64,000 bases of DNA, taken from positions 72,292,001 to 72,356,000 of the forward strand of contig OZ024746.1 in assembly GCA_964016885.1 (NCBI GenBank), given 5' to 3'. The stretch's first letter is position 1, and each line of letters begins with the position of its first letter. Under the pieces are notes generated by a model, which saw nothing but the letters and a program-made list of their open reading frames with translations, was not told the origin of the DNA and made no database searches. Below, piece by piece: positions 14,101 to 28,832 of this stretch. Both the position numbers and the translations under genes were made by a program. This DNA comes from Eledone cirrhosa. Its lineage: Eukaryota.

Positions 14101-16500
14101 GTTAAAGATACAACCCCAGTAAGTTAAAGATACAACTCCAGTAAGTTAAAGATACAACTCCAGTAAGTTAAAGATACAACCCCAGTAAGTTAAAGATACA
14201 ATCCCAGTAAGTTAAAGATACAACCCCAGTAAGTTAAAGATACAACCCCAGTAAGTTAAAGATACAACCCCAGTAAGTTAAAGATACAATCCCAGTAAGT
14301 TAAAGATACAACCCCAGTAAGTTAAAGATACAACCCCAGTAAGTTAAAGATACAACCCCAGTAAGTTAAAGATACAACCCCAGTAAGTTAAAGATACAAC
14401 TCCAGTAAGTTAAAGATACAACCCCAGTAAGTTAAAGATACAACTCCAGTAAGTTAAAGATACAACTCCAGTAAGTTAAAGATACAACCCCAGTAAGTTA
14501 AAGATACAACTCCAGTAAGTTAAAGATACAACCCAGTAAGTTAAAGATACAACTCCAGTAAGTTAAAGATACAACCCCAGTAAGTTAAAGATACAACCCC
14601 AGTAAGTTAAAGATAGAAACCCCAGTAAGTTAAAGATACAACCCCAGTAAGTTAAAGATACAACCCCAGTAAGTTAAAGATACAACCCCAGTAAGTTAAA
14701 GATACAACTCCAGTAAGTTAAAGATACAACCCCAGTAAGTTAAAGATACAACCCAGTAAGTTAAAGATACAACTCCAGTAAGTTAAAGATACAACCCCAG
14801 TAAGTTAAAGATACAAGCCCAGTAAGTTAAAGATAGAAACCCCAGTAAGTTAAAGATACAACCCCAGTAAGTTAAAGATACAACCCCAGTAAGTTAAAGA
14901 TACAACCCCAGTAAGTTAAAGATACAACCCCAGTAAGTTAAAGATACAACTCCAGTAAGTTAAAGATACAACTCCAGTAAGTTAAAGATACAACTCCAGT
15001 AAGTTAAAGATACAACTCCAGTAAGTTAAAGATACAACCCCAGTAAGTTAAAGATACAACCCCAGTAAGTTAAAGATACAACCCCAGTAAGTTAAAGATA
15101 CAACCCCAGTAAGTTAAAGATACAACCCCAGTAAGTTAAAGATACAACTCCAGTAAGTTAAAGATACAACCCCAGTAAGTTAAAGATAGAAACCCCAGTA
15201 AGTTAAAGATACAACCCCAGTAAGTTAAAGATACAACCCCAGTAAGTTAAAGATACAACCCCAGTAAGTTAAAGATACAACCCCAGTAAGTTAAAGATAC
15301 AACTCCAGTAAGTTAAAGATAGAAACCCCAGTAAGTTAAAGATACAACCCCAGTAAGTTAAAGATACAACCCCAGTAAGTTAAAGATACAACTCCAGTAA
15401 GTTAAAGATACAACCCCAGTAAGTTAAAGATAGAAACCCCAGTAAGTTAAAGATACAACCCCAGTAAGTTAAAGATACAACTCCAGTAAGTTAAAGATAC
15501 AACCCCAGTAAGTTAAAGATAGAAACCCCAGTAAGTTAAAGATACAACCCCAGTAAGTTAAAGATACAACTCCAGTAAGTTAAAGATACAACCCCAGTAA
15601 GTTAAAGATAGAAACCCCAGTAAGTTAAAGATACAACCCCAGTAAGTTAAAGATACAACCCCAGTAAGTTAAAGATACAACCCCAGTAAGTTAAAGATAC
15701 AACTCCAGTAAGTTAAAGATACAACCCCAGTAAGTTAAAGATACAACCCCAGTAAGTTAAAGATACAATCCCAGTAAGTTAAAGATACAACCCCAGTAAG
15801 TTAAAGATACAACCCCAGTAAGTTAAAGATACAACCCCAGTAAGTTAAAGATACAACCCCAGTAAGTTAAAGATACAACTCCAGTAAGTTAAAGATACAA
15901 CCCCAGTAAGTTAAAGATACAACCCCAGTAAGTTAAAGATACAACCCCAGTAAGTTAAAGATACAACCCCAGTAAGTTAAAGATACAACTCCAGTAAGTT
16001 AAAGATACAATCCCAGTAAGTTAAAGATACAACCCCAGTAAGTTAAAGATACAACCCCAGTAAGTTAAAGATACAACCCCAGTAAGTTAAAGATACAACT
16101 CCAGTAAGTTAAAGATACAACCCCAGTAAGTTAAAGATACAACTCCAGTAAGTTAAAGATACAACCCCAGTAAGTTAAAGATACAACCCCAGTAAGTTAA
16201 AGATACAACCCCAGTAAGTTAAAGATACAACCCCAGTAAGTTAAAGATACAACTCCAGTAAGTTAAAGATACAATCCCAGTAAGTTAAAGATACAACCCC
16301 AGTAAGTTAAAGATACAACTCCAGTAAGTTAAAGATACAATCCCAGTAAGTTAAAGATACAACTCCAGTAAGTTAAAGATACAACCCCAGTAAGTTAAAG
16401 ATACAACCCCAGTAAGTTAAAGATACAACCCCAGTAAGTTAAAGATACAACCCCAGTAAGTTAAAGATACAACCCCAGTAAGTTCAATATACAAATCCAG
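11189..16500 (+). repeat. 22-bp tandem satellite (CAGTAAGTTAAAGATACAACCC), roughly 240 units
   Basis: Directly visible 22-nt period with a few recurrent variants and degenerate flanks. Confidence 0.98.
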
Positions 16501-16685
16501 AAAGTTCAGTATACAAATCAAATAAGTTAAAAAACCCAACTCCAGTTAAAGATCCTACCCCTAGTAAGCTGATGATCCTACTAAGTTAAAAGTCCGACCC
16601 CCTTAATACCTTATAGCTGCGAACACTAGTTGGTTGAAGAGAAAAGATAGCAGGTAACCATCACATATCACATGACATTACTCAC

Positions 16686-16834
16686 TTCAAGACCTTTTTC
16701 ATGCATTCACCGAAAATTTTCCCGCGCATGCGGCACACACGTTGAAGTTCGTCAGTGGCAAAGTGATAACTGCAACTCCGAGTCTCGTTGACCGTGTGAG
16801 GAGACAGTCGCAATGACAGGCATAATTGAGCATT
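16686..16834 (-). CDS. Exon 18, C2 end and RhoGAP lead-in (NAQLCLSLRL...GKIFGECMKKVL)
   Basis: ctttcag acceptor, GTGAGT donor, 149 nt phase 0->2; only this frame is open; IFG motif precedes RhoGAP domains. Confidence 0.88.
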
Positions 16835-17024
16835 CTGAAAGGATAAACGGTGAAAAAGAGAGCAGAGGATTAGTGGTAGCATTGAGACACGTCTTGGTTG
16901 GTGTTATTGTCTTACCTAGGGACCATGAGGGTGATGCTAACGATGACGGTGATGATGATAATGGTTTATTGGCGATTCAGTGACTAAGATAGTAATCGAG
17001 CCAAAAGGGTATATATATATATAT

Positions 17025-18180
17025 ATTCTTCTTCGCCCAATTATTCCTGAGAGGATCGTGTTGGCAGAGTCTTCAAACACTCCTTTCAGTGGGTCCTGTC
17101 TGAAGTAACCATCACCAACTGATGCGGCTGCATCCCCAAGCGAGACCAGCCAAGCTCATTGATGTTATCTAACCATCTTGCTCGGGGTATACCCCTAGGA
17201 CGCCTTCCGGTTGGTTTTGCCCGTAAAATCTGCCCACCGACTCTTTCCTGCGATATTCTAACCAAATACTCGTAGTATCAGAACGATGATCTCTCAATTC
17301 GGAGAAACAGCGGCTCTACCTGTAGTGACTCTCTGATCTCCGAGCTACTACGTACCCAATCAAGTAACATAACTCCAAAGACCCTTCGGAGGAACCACAT
17401 TTCGGCCCCTTGTATTTGCGATCGTATTTCCAGTCTCTTTGAAGGATTCATTACCACAGTGTAGGTACGAACAAGAATTAAGGATAGCGAGTCTAGCTTT
17501 TACACCCACCTTCCTTTTAATGACAGAGTGCTGAAGTTGACGCATTATTGCACCAGCTCCAGCAATTCTTGCATTAAATTCAGCCTCCTGCCTTCCTCCA
17601 TTCGAGAAAACGACTCTGAGATACCTGAAATTATCCCACCTGCTTCAATGTAACTCTTCTGATATGCAGAACGTACTGCGCAGGATTCCTCTCAGTCTTG
17701 GCAGCACTGTTTTTCATTCCGGTCGTGCAGCACTCTGTGCAAACCTATCCAGTGCATATCAGAGATCCCCTTCCGATGAGTTAAGTGGCACCTTACAGTC
17801 TGCAAATATCAGCCGACTGATTCCTACATTCACCGGTTTTGATACGACTTGTAACTCGACTGCGTAAGTCATTCTGTTCATGAAGATTATAAACAGAGGA
17901 AGGCAGAGTCCGACATCCACAGTGAATGGTTTTCATTCAGCACCAATTATCAGAACACAAATACAAGCAACACGAAACTGTTGCTGAGCGTTCCACAAAA
18001 GTCCTGTAAAGCGTGGGCGCTTGTCTTTTCTAGGTCCACAAAACAGGCATAGGCCTCTTATCAATGCTCCCACTATTTCTCAAAAAGCCGCCGTAGAGTG
18101 AATATTTGATCGGTTCTGCAATGCCCGGGTCGAAAACCACAGTTCGTCAGCTAGCTTAAACTGGATAGTCTCTACTTCGT
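17025..18180 (-). mobile_element. Degenerate RTE-type LINE fragment
   Basis: GFRPG..TDQIFTLR, FRYLRVVF, GRRPRG.PRARW motifs; related to 31835-32580; short (GAA) tail. Confidence 0.75.
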
Positions 18181-18579
18181 TTCAACGTCTTCAGTTTGAT
18201 CAAGGGGTTCTCTAAATTTGAATGCAATAGTATCCGTACACCTGGTCCTAATCTTCTCATCAGCCAACACTTTCCATTTTATCTTTAAGTCAACCAGGAC
18301 CTGCCAGTTTTGTGGGTTTTCTTGACTTTAGGAAGTCTTCGGTTACAGATTCCAGGTTGGGGATCAGTTGACAGTTCAGCTCTTCTCTTAATACGATCAT
18401 CCAGCACAGAATAGAAGGGATCAGAGACAATTTTTAAAAATCAATTACTGGTCTCTGTCCCCGATTTCCCTTATACCGTGTATAATTACTGATATGTTTG
18501 TACTGGGAAATGGTGTATATAATATATAACAACAAAAATAATAGATGTGTGTTGGATAAGACAATGAGTCAACACTTAC

Positions 18580-18645
18580 TGTGTCTGCTGGTAACATTGG
18601 TATAGCAATAAGGGAGTAGTTTTGGTTGAGGTTTATTGATTGAAA
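18580..18645 (-). CDS. Exon 17 (FQSINLNQNYSLIAIPMLPADT)
   Basis: tgacag acceptor, GTAAGT donor, 66 nt phase 0-0. Confidence 0.78.
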
Positions 18646-19245
18646 CTGTCAACGAAATATATAACGTAAGATTGAAAGCGTTTCTTCGAGTTTACATCCC
18701 CTCGTGGGGTGGCTGTAACAGATATATTATATATTATATTATATTATATTATATTATATCATATTATATTATATGACATTATATCATATTATATTATATT
18801 ATATTACATTATATATTATATTATATTATATTATATTACATTATATTGTTATAATATAATATAATATAACCCATGCTAGCGTAAATGATGATGAGGATGA
18901 TGATAACATAATATATTACATCTTATATTATATTATGTATGTGTGGTGGTATGCGTGGTGTGTGAAGGTGCGTGACTTGAAGATTAGAATCTTTGATTCC
19001 CGGCGATGTGTTATCTTTTTGAGCAAGAAACTTTATTTCAGGCTGCTTCAGTCCACTCGGCTGGCAAAAATGTTTTGTACAAGGGAACAGATTTGTTACA
19101 CAATGTGTCACCACACTATACCTTCCTGAGAATTATGTTATGAGTACACGTGTCAATAGAATGTTTAGCTACTTGTAAGTTCGTTTCAAAAGCCGGCTGT
19201 TCCTTTGTAGGAATTGGCGGAGGTCCAAAGCACGCACTCGTATGT

Positions 19246-19326
<81 letters not shown>

Positions 19327-19483
19327 AGAGGGTGTCTGTGTGTTTGTGTGTGTGTGTGAGTAAAAGTAGAAAAAAAATTGATATATAAGTATCATACAAA
19401 AATTCCAGTAGCAAAAATAATGCATAAAATAGAATAAAAGCAATGATTATTAATCCGACAAAATGCAACTTATCTCTATTTAC

Positions 19484-19692
19484 TTCTAATATCCCCGTGG
19501 AAAAGGGTTTGAACTCGTGCGGCTCTTCCTCGTCACATTTGTAAGAGCTGATCCTCAACGTCTGGGAACAGCTTAAAGGTAGTTCAAACTTCTGATTGAA
19601 AATCGGGTTTCGGCCCTTTTCGATGATGTGTGTTGTGATGACTTTGGTGAAATATCCACCGAAGCAATCGACTTCTAAAGAGAGGAACGCGT
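19484..19692 (-). CDS. Exon 16, C2 core (AFLSLEVDCFGGYF...FNQKFELPLSCSQTLRISSYK...GILE)
   Basis: caacag acceptor, GTAAAT donor, 209 nt phase 1->0; strong resemblance to BCR/ABR C2 LEVDSFGYF...EEFEIELEGSQTLRILCY. Confidence 0.93.
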
Positions 19693-20655
19693 CTGTTGGG
19701 CATATAGTAAAGAGAGAGAATGTTGATAAGAATTGTGTTAGTGTTGGTGTTTACAACACGTCTGTTTGGAATATGTTAAATAGGGAGTAAAGACGAGAAT
19801 TGTGTTAATGTTACGAATATGGTAAAGAGGAAAAAGAGAGGAATTGTATTAGTATTGGGAATATGGTAAGAGGAAGAAAACAAGAGACGTGTTTGTGTTG
19901 GTGTTAGTAATAACGTGTGTAGAGAAATAAGTATTATTACTTGCTTATGTCTAGGGCGGTGAATTGGCAGGATCGGTAGAGCGTCGAATAACATGATTTA
20001 CGGCAAACAGTTACGGCCGTTTACGTTCTGATTTCAAATCCCTCCGAGGTTAACTTTGCATTTCATCCTTACCGAGTCGATAAAATAAAGTTATGAGTAA
20101 CGCACCAGATTCGATTTATTCGACTTTCTTCTCCCCAGAATTGTTGGCGTTGTGCTTAAATCAAAAACTATTACTAGCTTCACGATTATGTACTTGTTTC
20201 TTCAGTTCCGGTAAGATGAAACACGAATATAACCTTCACAAGAATTTGAATTCAGAACATAAACTTTCTGTGGAACGAACCTTGGAATTAAACCCATAGG
20301 TTTTGTGGAAACCACAACTGGTTGTTAGTCCTGGTGTGTCAGCCCTCGGAGACTGCGCCCAACACAACATAGTGGGCGTAGGCATGGTTCAGGGGTTGAG
20401 AAGTTCGCTCCACAAAGATGAAGTCTCGCGTTCGATCCCACTGTATCGCATCTTGGGCAAATGTCATTCTCATAGCATCGGGTGAACCCAAACCCCGTGA
20501 GTAAAATTGGGTAGTCAGAATATGTATGGAAGGCCAGCTTTGTTACATGTGTCATTCTCAAATTTCTTGAAAATTACGTGTATGTAAAATAGTCAACCGC
20601 TTATGATATGTGACAAGATGAGTTGTACCTTTTGCTTGAAAAGTCCGACCTTCTC

Positions 20656-21046
20656 ACACAGTGGAACACAGTGTAACACAGTGTAACACAGTGTAACACA
20701 ATGTCACACAGTGTAACACAGTGTAACACAATGTCACGCAGTGTAACACAAGTGTAACCTAATTTCACAATTTCACACAGTGTAACACAGTGTAACACAA
20801 TGTCACACAGTGTAACACAGTGTAACACAGTGTACACAGTGTCACGCAATGTAACACAGTGTAACACAGTGTAACACAATGTTACACAGTGTAACACAGT
20901 GTAACACAGTGTCATGAAATGTAACTCAGTGTAACACAGTGTAACAGTGTAACACAGTGTAATACGGTGAAACACAATGTCACACAGTGTCACACAGTGT
21001 CACGTAATGTAACACAGTGTAACACAGTGTAACACAGTGTAACACT
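20656..21046 (+). repeat. 10-bp minisatellite (ACACAGTGTA)n
   Basis: Visible 10-nt period. Confidence 0.95.
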
Positions 21047-21397
21047 GATTCTGTCTGAGAAGTACGTTAAGGATACACGTATCTATGGAATACTTACAGG
21101 TTAATTCACGTGTTGGACGTTCAGTTGTTCGAACAAATGAATGTCCATCGACGAAACCCACAGAGGTCCCATTTTTATCAATACATGTGTAAAGGAATAA
21201 GTATTATTATTTGCTCGAGTCTGCAAGGGATATTACTAAACAATGAACGCGAAATATTATAGATTCCAAGCAATCAAAGAGAACATTTCACACGCATTCT
21301 AAACAGGACGAGCCACCACGTAGAGGCAAACGCCTCATTGACTCCACACATACGCGCACATACATACAAATACATATAAAGGATGGGAGGTACTCAC

Positions 21398-21469
21398 CTG
21401 ATTCCAACACATACCCCTTCAACTGGTGGACGTAGACATCAATGGAACCTTCATGGTACAATGGATTAT
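21398..21469 (-). CDS. Exon 15, C2 start (NPLYHEGSIDVYVHQLKGYVLES)
   Basis: tctcag acceptor, CAG/GTGAGT donor, 72 nt phase 1-1; like BCR LYGFLNVIVHSATG. Confidence 0.88.
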
Positions 21470-22217
21470 CTGAGAATTAGACAGGGTAGAAATTGTAGTG
21501 GTGGTGGTGGTGGTAGTGGTGGTGGTGGAGGCGATGGTTGGAATGTGGTTATACGTGCGAGTGCTTGAATAACCATGAAAACATTTATGCTCAATAACAA
21601 AAACAAAAGTTTTAAAACAATTTTCCCAAATAAAATAGGGTTACACTTGATGATAAGATTCATACTTATCAATGTGACCCTTTTTGATGCGATGTTTTAC
21701 ATCCAGATACCCTTCTTGGAACCAACCCTTTTAGTCTCTTCTTACGACACACATAGATATGGTACTTATTCTTATTTAGATACACACAGTTTTGAGTAAT
21801 TAGCCTCAGTTATCTATAACATTTTAAATTCATTTGATAACTTTTCCCGCCTTCTCCTGCGTAATAGTATAAATATATTTCGTGATTCTCTGTTCACTGC
21901 TTAAGCAAAGTACGTCAAAGAAAATGCTTCGCTGAAGAGGCCAAATAAGACCGTTATATATCCGGAGTTGTCTCCCGTACTTGCCAGAGCGAAACAAATA
22001 TTATCCATTGATCCATTGGTGGTATCTTTTCCTCACCATATATGAATTTTTAATGAGATTTCTTATGTGCATTACGGCATGTTAACATTCAGTTAACCCT
22101 TGTTTCTTTTCCTGTAGATAGCGTTTCTAAACAATTAATTACAAAGAATTATATATTTTCTTATAAGTAATAGAAAATAGAGGGAGAGAGGAAATATTGA
22201 TTTAATATTCTGCTTAC

Positions 22218-22248
22218 TTGAACTGCTCAAGCTTGTTAGTCTTGGTAT
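22218..22248 (-). CDS. Exon 14, 31-nt microexon (IPRLTSLSSS)
   Basis: ccacag acceptor, GTAAGC donor; supplies the required phase 0->1 link. Confidence 0.7.
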
Positions 22249-22303
22249 CTGTGGATATGAAGAGGTGTTTTAACATAAGCATTATATATATATATATAGA
22301 TAG

Positions 22304-22418
<115 letters not shown>

Positions 22419-22519
22419 GAGGGAGAGAGAGTGAGGGAGAGAGCGTGAGAGAGAGAGGGAGAGAGAGAGAAAGAGAGGGGGGTCAGATAGATAGATAGAT
22501 AACTTTCTTTTTATTTGCC

Positions 22520-23546
22520 ACCAGGGCGTCAAAGAGTGGGACAAGTACAATGGGGGGAGTTTACATAACAAGGCGTCCTCAATAAGGAGGAGGCAATAAC
22601 AAGATATAAAAATATAAAAATATAAAATATAACAAAAATAAATTGAATAACAAAATCCTCAATAGGGAGGAGGCGCCTTGGGGGGGTCGCACACATCCCC
22701 GAAAAAAGTGTGCAACCCTTCTCCTCAGGAGCACAGAGAGAGGGTGCTCCCTTGATCTTTCATCTTTCTCACCTACAGTCTGATGTAGAGTGAAGGCCCA
22801 TTCACACGGGCCATTCTTGCCACTTTCACCCATCTTTCATAAAAACGGCTGGGGTGCAGCACCTCTCTCTCCATCCTGATCCTTCTTCCGAAATGATATC
22901 GGAAGAAACGGACCAGTTGTTGGCCAGAGAGAAAGGTGTCTGACCTCAGTCCTTTCAGACGCGTCCACCATACAACCTCTTTCGCCATGGCTATTACGCA
23001 CAGAAACACCGCCTCACTTCGTTTTTGAAGAGGGGAGGCGGCTTGATCGTTACAATAGACTCGGTGGTTAACCGGATCGGTCCCACCCGTGACAGCAGTC
23101 GTTCGACATAGCCCCACAGATCGGCAATGCCCGAGCAGTGTACCAATGCGTGTGCAACGGTTTCCTCGTCGCACACGCATCTGGGACAGATCTTTTTCGA
23201 GGGGTCCTACCCGGGCGCCCGTCTCTGTAGAGCCGTTCTCGAACGGGCAGAGCCCCTCGGTAGCACTGCCAGGCCAGGGACCTCTGGAAGTTATCCATAG
23301 GTCCCGGGCTGAATGTCCTACCGAACAGGTTGGCCAGTTCGTTTTCCTCCATGCCTAGGGCTTCTCCGAGGGCGTCGTCGCACCTGCTAACCACCAGCCC
23401 TCTATAGAATGACGAGGTGGATTCTCCACTGACAGCCGGGTCCGCCTGCCAGAGAGCCGTGAGCGCCTGGGCTCGCCTCACAAACGGAGCCCACACCGGT
23501 TGATCGGTGAGGAATACCTGGAGGTGCCGTAGCCTTAATGCGTGTT
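22520..23546 (-). mobile_element. L1/Tx1-type LINE 3' fragment (zf-RVT region)
   Basis: AWQCYRGALPVRERLY...CPRC..ETVAHALVHC; homologous to 37625-38470. Confidence 0.8.
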
Positions 23547-24049
23547 TAGATAGATAGATAGATAGATAGTTAGAAACGTGTAATAAATAGAAAGATCTAC
23601 TTTATTGGGAAATGATAAGACAATCCAAAGCTGAAAGTATTATTACAATCAACAATTATATCCAAGATAACATCCATAGGATAATTTCCAATAATTGCAC
23701 TTATGAATATTGAAAATTACACCAAGTATATAGATGGAATTAAAGCAATTTATTCATTTTACTCGTTTTAGTAATAACAAATAATACCAATTGAAAGGTA
23801 TACATACATTTGTTTTTAAAGCGAAAATACCTCTAAAATAGAAATGGTCAAATAATACGATCCACAGAAAGCAGTCTTGACGGAAAGAAGAATATTTCTT
23901 ATAGAAGAAAAAAATTATATATATATACATAAATATATATATATATACATAAACACATAAATATATATATATATATATCCAGGAAGCTCCAACCGTTAAG
24001 GTTGTCTTTTTTTCCGGGTATGTCAATATTTATTTATAAAACAAATCTG

Positions 24050-24115
24050 TATTTTATCTGATGAAAGCGCACCATAATTTGCCTTGGTGGCCCTTGAAAT
24101 ATGTATAATAAAATA
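24050..24115 (+). ncRNA. Type I hammerhead (same family as 3333)
   Basis: TATTTTAT-CTGATGA-AAG..CACCA..TGGTG..CTT-GAAA-TATGTA-TA^ATAAAATA; perfect 8-bp helix I. Confidence 0.85.
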
Positions 24116-24206
24116 AATATGGTTTTATAAATATAGTTTCCATTTATTAATATATTGTATATATATATATTATATATATATATATACATAAACACATAAA
24201 CACATA

Positions 24207-24300
<94 letters not shown>

Positions 24301-25822
24301 CATAAACACATAAATATATATACATAAACACATAAATATATATACATACATACATATGTATATATACTAGATCTGAAAAATGCGCAAGCTCAAAAGAGCC
24401 ACAGAATGTTATAATAAACCTTCAAAAGTGTGGGACTAGAGTTGTTGCTCAAAAATATTGTAATCATTATCTATCGTACACTCTGTGGCATCCTTTTATA
24501 AAAAAAGAGACTCATAACGAACTCAAGACGGCACGATAATTATTTAAGTTAATGTTCAATATCTCATATTAGATGTTTAGTAATGATTAATACGAAATGC
24601 ACTTAAACCGAATTCTATATTATAAATTCACTTCAATAATTATCGTGTCGTCTTGAGTTCGTTATGAGTCTCTTTATTATAAAAGGATGCCACAGAGTGT
24701 ACGATAGATAATGATTATAATATTTTTGAGCAACAACTCTAGTCCCACTCTTTTAAAGGTTTATTATAACATTCTGTGGCTCTTTTGAGCTTGTGCATTT
24801 TTCAGGTCTAGTTTAATATTTTTTTAAGGTAACGCTTGTAATAACTCTAGTTAAACATGATATATATTAATAATAAATTATCGTTGTAATGTAATTAGAT
24901 TATATAATTGTTATTTTATAAATGATCTTATAAATATAAGATGTATAAAAATATTTTCATTTTATAAATGATCTTATAAATATAAGATGTATAAAAATCA
25001 TTTATAAATGATCTTATAAATATAAGATGTATAAAAATATTTTCAGACTTTTAATATAAACAACTACAAAAAAACAATCAATATTAAATAAATATATTTT
25101 ACATAATAATTGTTATAGTTGAATTAATAAAAATTAAATATTACATACAACTAGTCTAACATAATGATAAAAAAATAATCTAACATAATAATAATAATAA
25201 AATAATATAACATAATATGGACAAATATACAAGTAAATATGATACAACCAATATTATAAGCATGTTATAACGAACTGAAAAAAAAATAGTTAATATAAAT
25301 TTTTAAAATCATATATAAATTAACAATATAACTTACCAAAACGAGAAAAATATTTTGATAATAAACGACGAAATACAGGAGGAAGATTCGAAAGCGAAAC
25401 GATAAATAAACGTGCAAACAAAGTGGCGGATGCTTTTGAGCAACAATTACTCTCATTGGTTGATTAGCCAATAAGACGATAGATTACAAAAGATGTTTGG
25501 CAGGGATCACCACGGCCAGCGAAACCCCTTGAAATTTTATTCACAAGCTACGCATTTATGTCAGACATGCAGACTTAAAACATTCTGTTGTTAGTCACTG
25601 CGTGTCTAACAGATATTCATTTGGTAAGGCTAAATTACTCTGGAGTCTCGCCTATTTAACACAGATATTGTGTACTCTTTTTTCTCAGCCCTCAACTACA
25701 TACGGATATATATATATATATATATAAAACGAAGGAATTGTGGTAAGGAACCAGATGGACCATAACGCACCAGAGTACTCAATACTTAGGGTAGTCGAGT
25801 GGGTTATAGGAAAAAATGTTAC

Positions 25823-25946
<124 letters not shown>

Positions 25947-25989
25947 GCATATCTAAAATCTTAGTAAATGTTTATACAAATTTACTTAC

Positions 25990-26036
25990 CACACTGTAAT
26001 TTTTGATGCAATTCATATATGCGGCGATGTCCGTGT
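25990..26036 (-). CDS. Exon 13 (TDIAAYMNCIKNYSV)
   Basis: poly-T cccag acceptor, GTAAGT donor, 47 nt phase 1->0. Confidence 0.72.
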
Positions 26037-26601
26037 CTGGGAAAAAAATTACAGTGCTTTCAAGTAACATCGATTTCAATTGACAAGATATCTCGTTTCA
26101 TTACTTAAGTTGGCTTTTTAGCTTTTGTAAGGAAACGTTAAAGATGATAGATTTAAATGGTCCAATGGTCTTTCACGTCTCAAGAACGGCTACATTGGAT
26201 ATATAAACTTTAGATTTACTAATTCACTGCAATCTAACAAATACTTTTGAAAAAACGCAACTGAACGTGTAACCTTGCATAGTGTTTTCCAAAATTTCTT
26301 CTGCATAATATGCATCTTAATCGCGTTGCCTGCTTAAACGTTGTATGCTTTTTTTATTCTCGCTATCTTGATAGTGTCTTATTCGATTCTTAAAACATTG
26401 AAACGTTAAACCTCTTATTCTTATCTTTCATTCTGAATAAGATTTCCTGAAGTTACACGGTTAGGATAGGGCGCCCAAGATGTGGATAATTTTTAACTCA
26501 TAAGTTGTTCTGCAAATGCATGTGATATTTCAGCCGTATTGAAACGTGCGTAGAAATGTAAAAATAGATAATAATTTCATATTCTTGACCTTTTTATAAT
26601 T

Positions 26602-26699
<98 letters not shown>

Positions 26700-27124
26700 T
26701 ATAAAGCTGACGGCCGTATGTTTGTAACAAACTTTTCGCCAAACGGACCCAAAAGCACCAAATTTGCACCATAGATGTAACTTTTTCCAAGTAAGAAAAT
26801 GAGGGTATTTTTGTCTTCTAAATTTCGTTAAAAGATTAAAGATATTTTATCGTTTATTTAAATATTCACTTCTTTAAAATTTTCAAATGTCAACACTTCC
26901 GGTTATACGACATTCCTCTCTCTTTCTTAGTCTGTCTTTTTGGATAGATACATAGCTATAACGTCGCGCCCTTATAATATGTCTCTGTATGCCTGGCTGT
27001 CTGTATTAGATACAAAGCTATAACGGCGCACGCTTATAATATATCTGTCTGTCTGGCTGCCTGTCTGCATTGACTTCGCTTCTAACCAACTTTTAATTAA
27101 TTCAGTGCAAAGATACCGCACTCC

Positions 27125-27127
<3 letters not shown>
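26700..27127. repeat. Dispersed non-coding repeat; inverted copies at 47580-47715, 47978-48310 and 27587-27683
   Basis: 26700-26990 is the reverse complement of ~48015-48310 at high identity. Confidence 0.8.
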
Positions 27128-27166
<39 letters not shown>

Positions 27167-27307
27167 GATAAATCTACCAAGAGTTTACGGTAGTGTAATA
27201 TGCATGCCAATTCTAACACATATATATCCTAGAAACGATCGTTAAATAATGAACTTTTTTTGTTTAATATAAGGAACTGTTTCATTGTTTTATTCATTAT
27301 TTTTTTA

Positions 27308-27450
<143 letters not shown>

Positions 27451-27483
27451 GTATATATATGTATATATATGTATATGTATATA

Positions 27484-27556
<73 letters not shown>

Positions 27557-27688
27557 TTATGTGTATTTATATAATTAATTATTGAGAGGGCGTGCGGTAT
27601 CTTTGCACTGAATTAATTAAAAGTTGGTTAGAAGCGAAGTCAATGCAGACAGGCAGCCAGACAGACAGATATATTATAAGCGTATATA

Positions 27689-27804
<116 letters not shown>

Positions 27805-28357
27805 ACAAATCGGAATACAGAAAGATTGCTTTTAGTGAACATATCGCCAATTGTACACCTAACCAACATCCAAACTTTAAAATGTTCCCCATTTACAAAT
27901 TCATAGACAACGCTTCTTTCATCCATCGTACCAATAAGGAAACGTACTTCATTAACAAATTCCAACCTCTACTTCGGACTAAACTAAAACGAACAATGAA
28001 CCAAAGCTCCAATTCCTATGTTCTCTAAAGAGTTACCTCCCTCCCACCCTACCTAATCCCTTTTCCTTATATAAATGAATTACCCCCTCTCATCCATCTC
28101 TCTCATCTCTCTCTCCCCTTCCCGACCACCCTGAATTACCTCCCTCTGCATATTAACTCTCTAAAAAAGGAAAACATATCAAACCCCCGACTACCATTTT
28201 CCTCCATTATAGACGAACCAAGCGCTCTTCTTTTTTCAACAAACAAAGGGAGATAAGCTGACTGGACCGGCAACCGCTCTATATAATCAGTTCCTGATTA
28301 TTACTGGAATTATATAAGAATCCAACATTCATAATTTTCAACAAACAAGGGGAGTGC

Positions 28358-28405
28358 TAAGTTCTGAGGAATACCAACAGTATGAAACAGAGATCTGTCA
28401 GCTTA
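28358..28405 (+). ncRNA. Type I hammerhead, C3-G8 core, family A
   Basis: TAAGTT-CTGAGGA-ATAC..GTAT-GAAA-CAGAGATCTG-TC^AGCTTA, with an extended outer stem. Confidence 0.85.
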
Positions 28406-28577
28406 TCTCCCTTTGTTTGTTTGTTGAAAAAAGAATAAGTCGCTACTTTAAAACAATAGCGTAAGGTCTTCAAAAAGCTTTTAATTAAGCATACAGTGTA
28501 TTGCAAAATACACTATATATACATTTATATATATATCGCTATTTCAGAGCACCAATTCTAATTTTATATATATATAC

Positions 28578-28692
<115 letters not shown>

Positions 28693-28738
28693 CATATATA
28701 TATATATACATATATATGCATATATATATATATATATA

Positions 28739-28832
<94 letters not shown>

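Noticed and set aside
11189-16500. CRISPR-like array
   Set aside because: Contiguous 22-bp units with no unique spacers, no cas genes, eukaryotic context.
21927-21967. Hammerhead-like CTTCG-CTGAAGA...GTTA-TATA-TC-CGGAG
   Set aside because: GAAA replaced by GTTA and helix II mismatched; at best a dead copy.
26274-26300. Possible 27-nt phase 1-1 exon (EILENTMQ) on minus strand
   Set aside because: Weak donor (GTTACA) and acceptor; not needed for frame.
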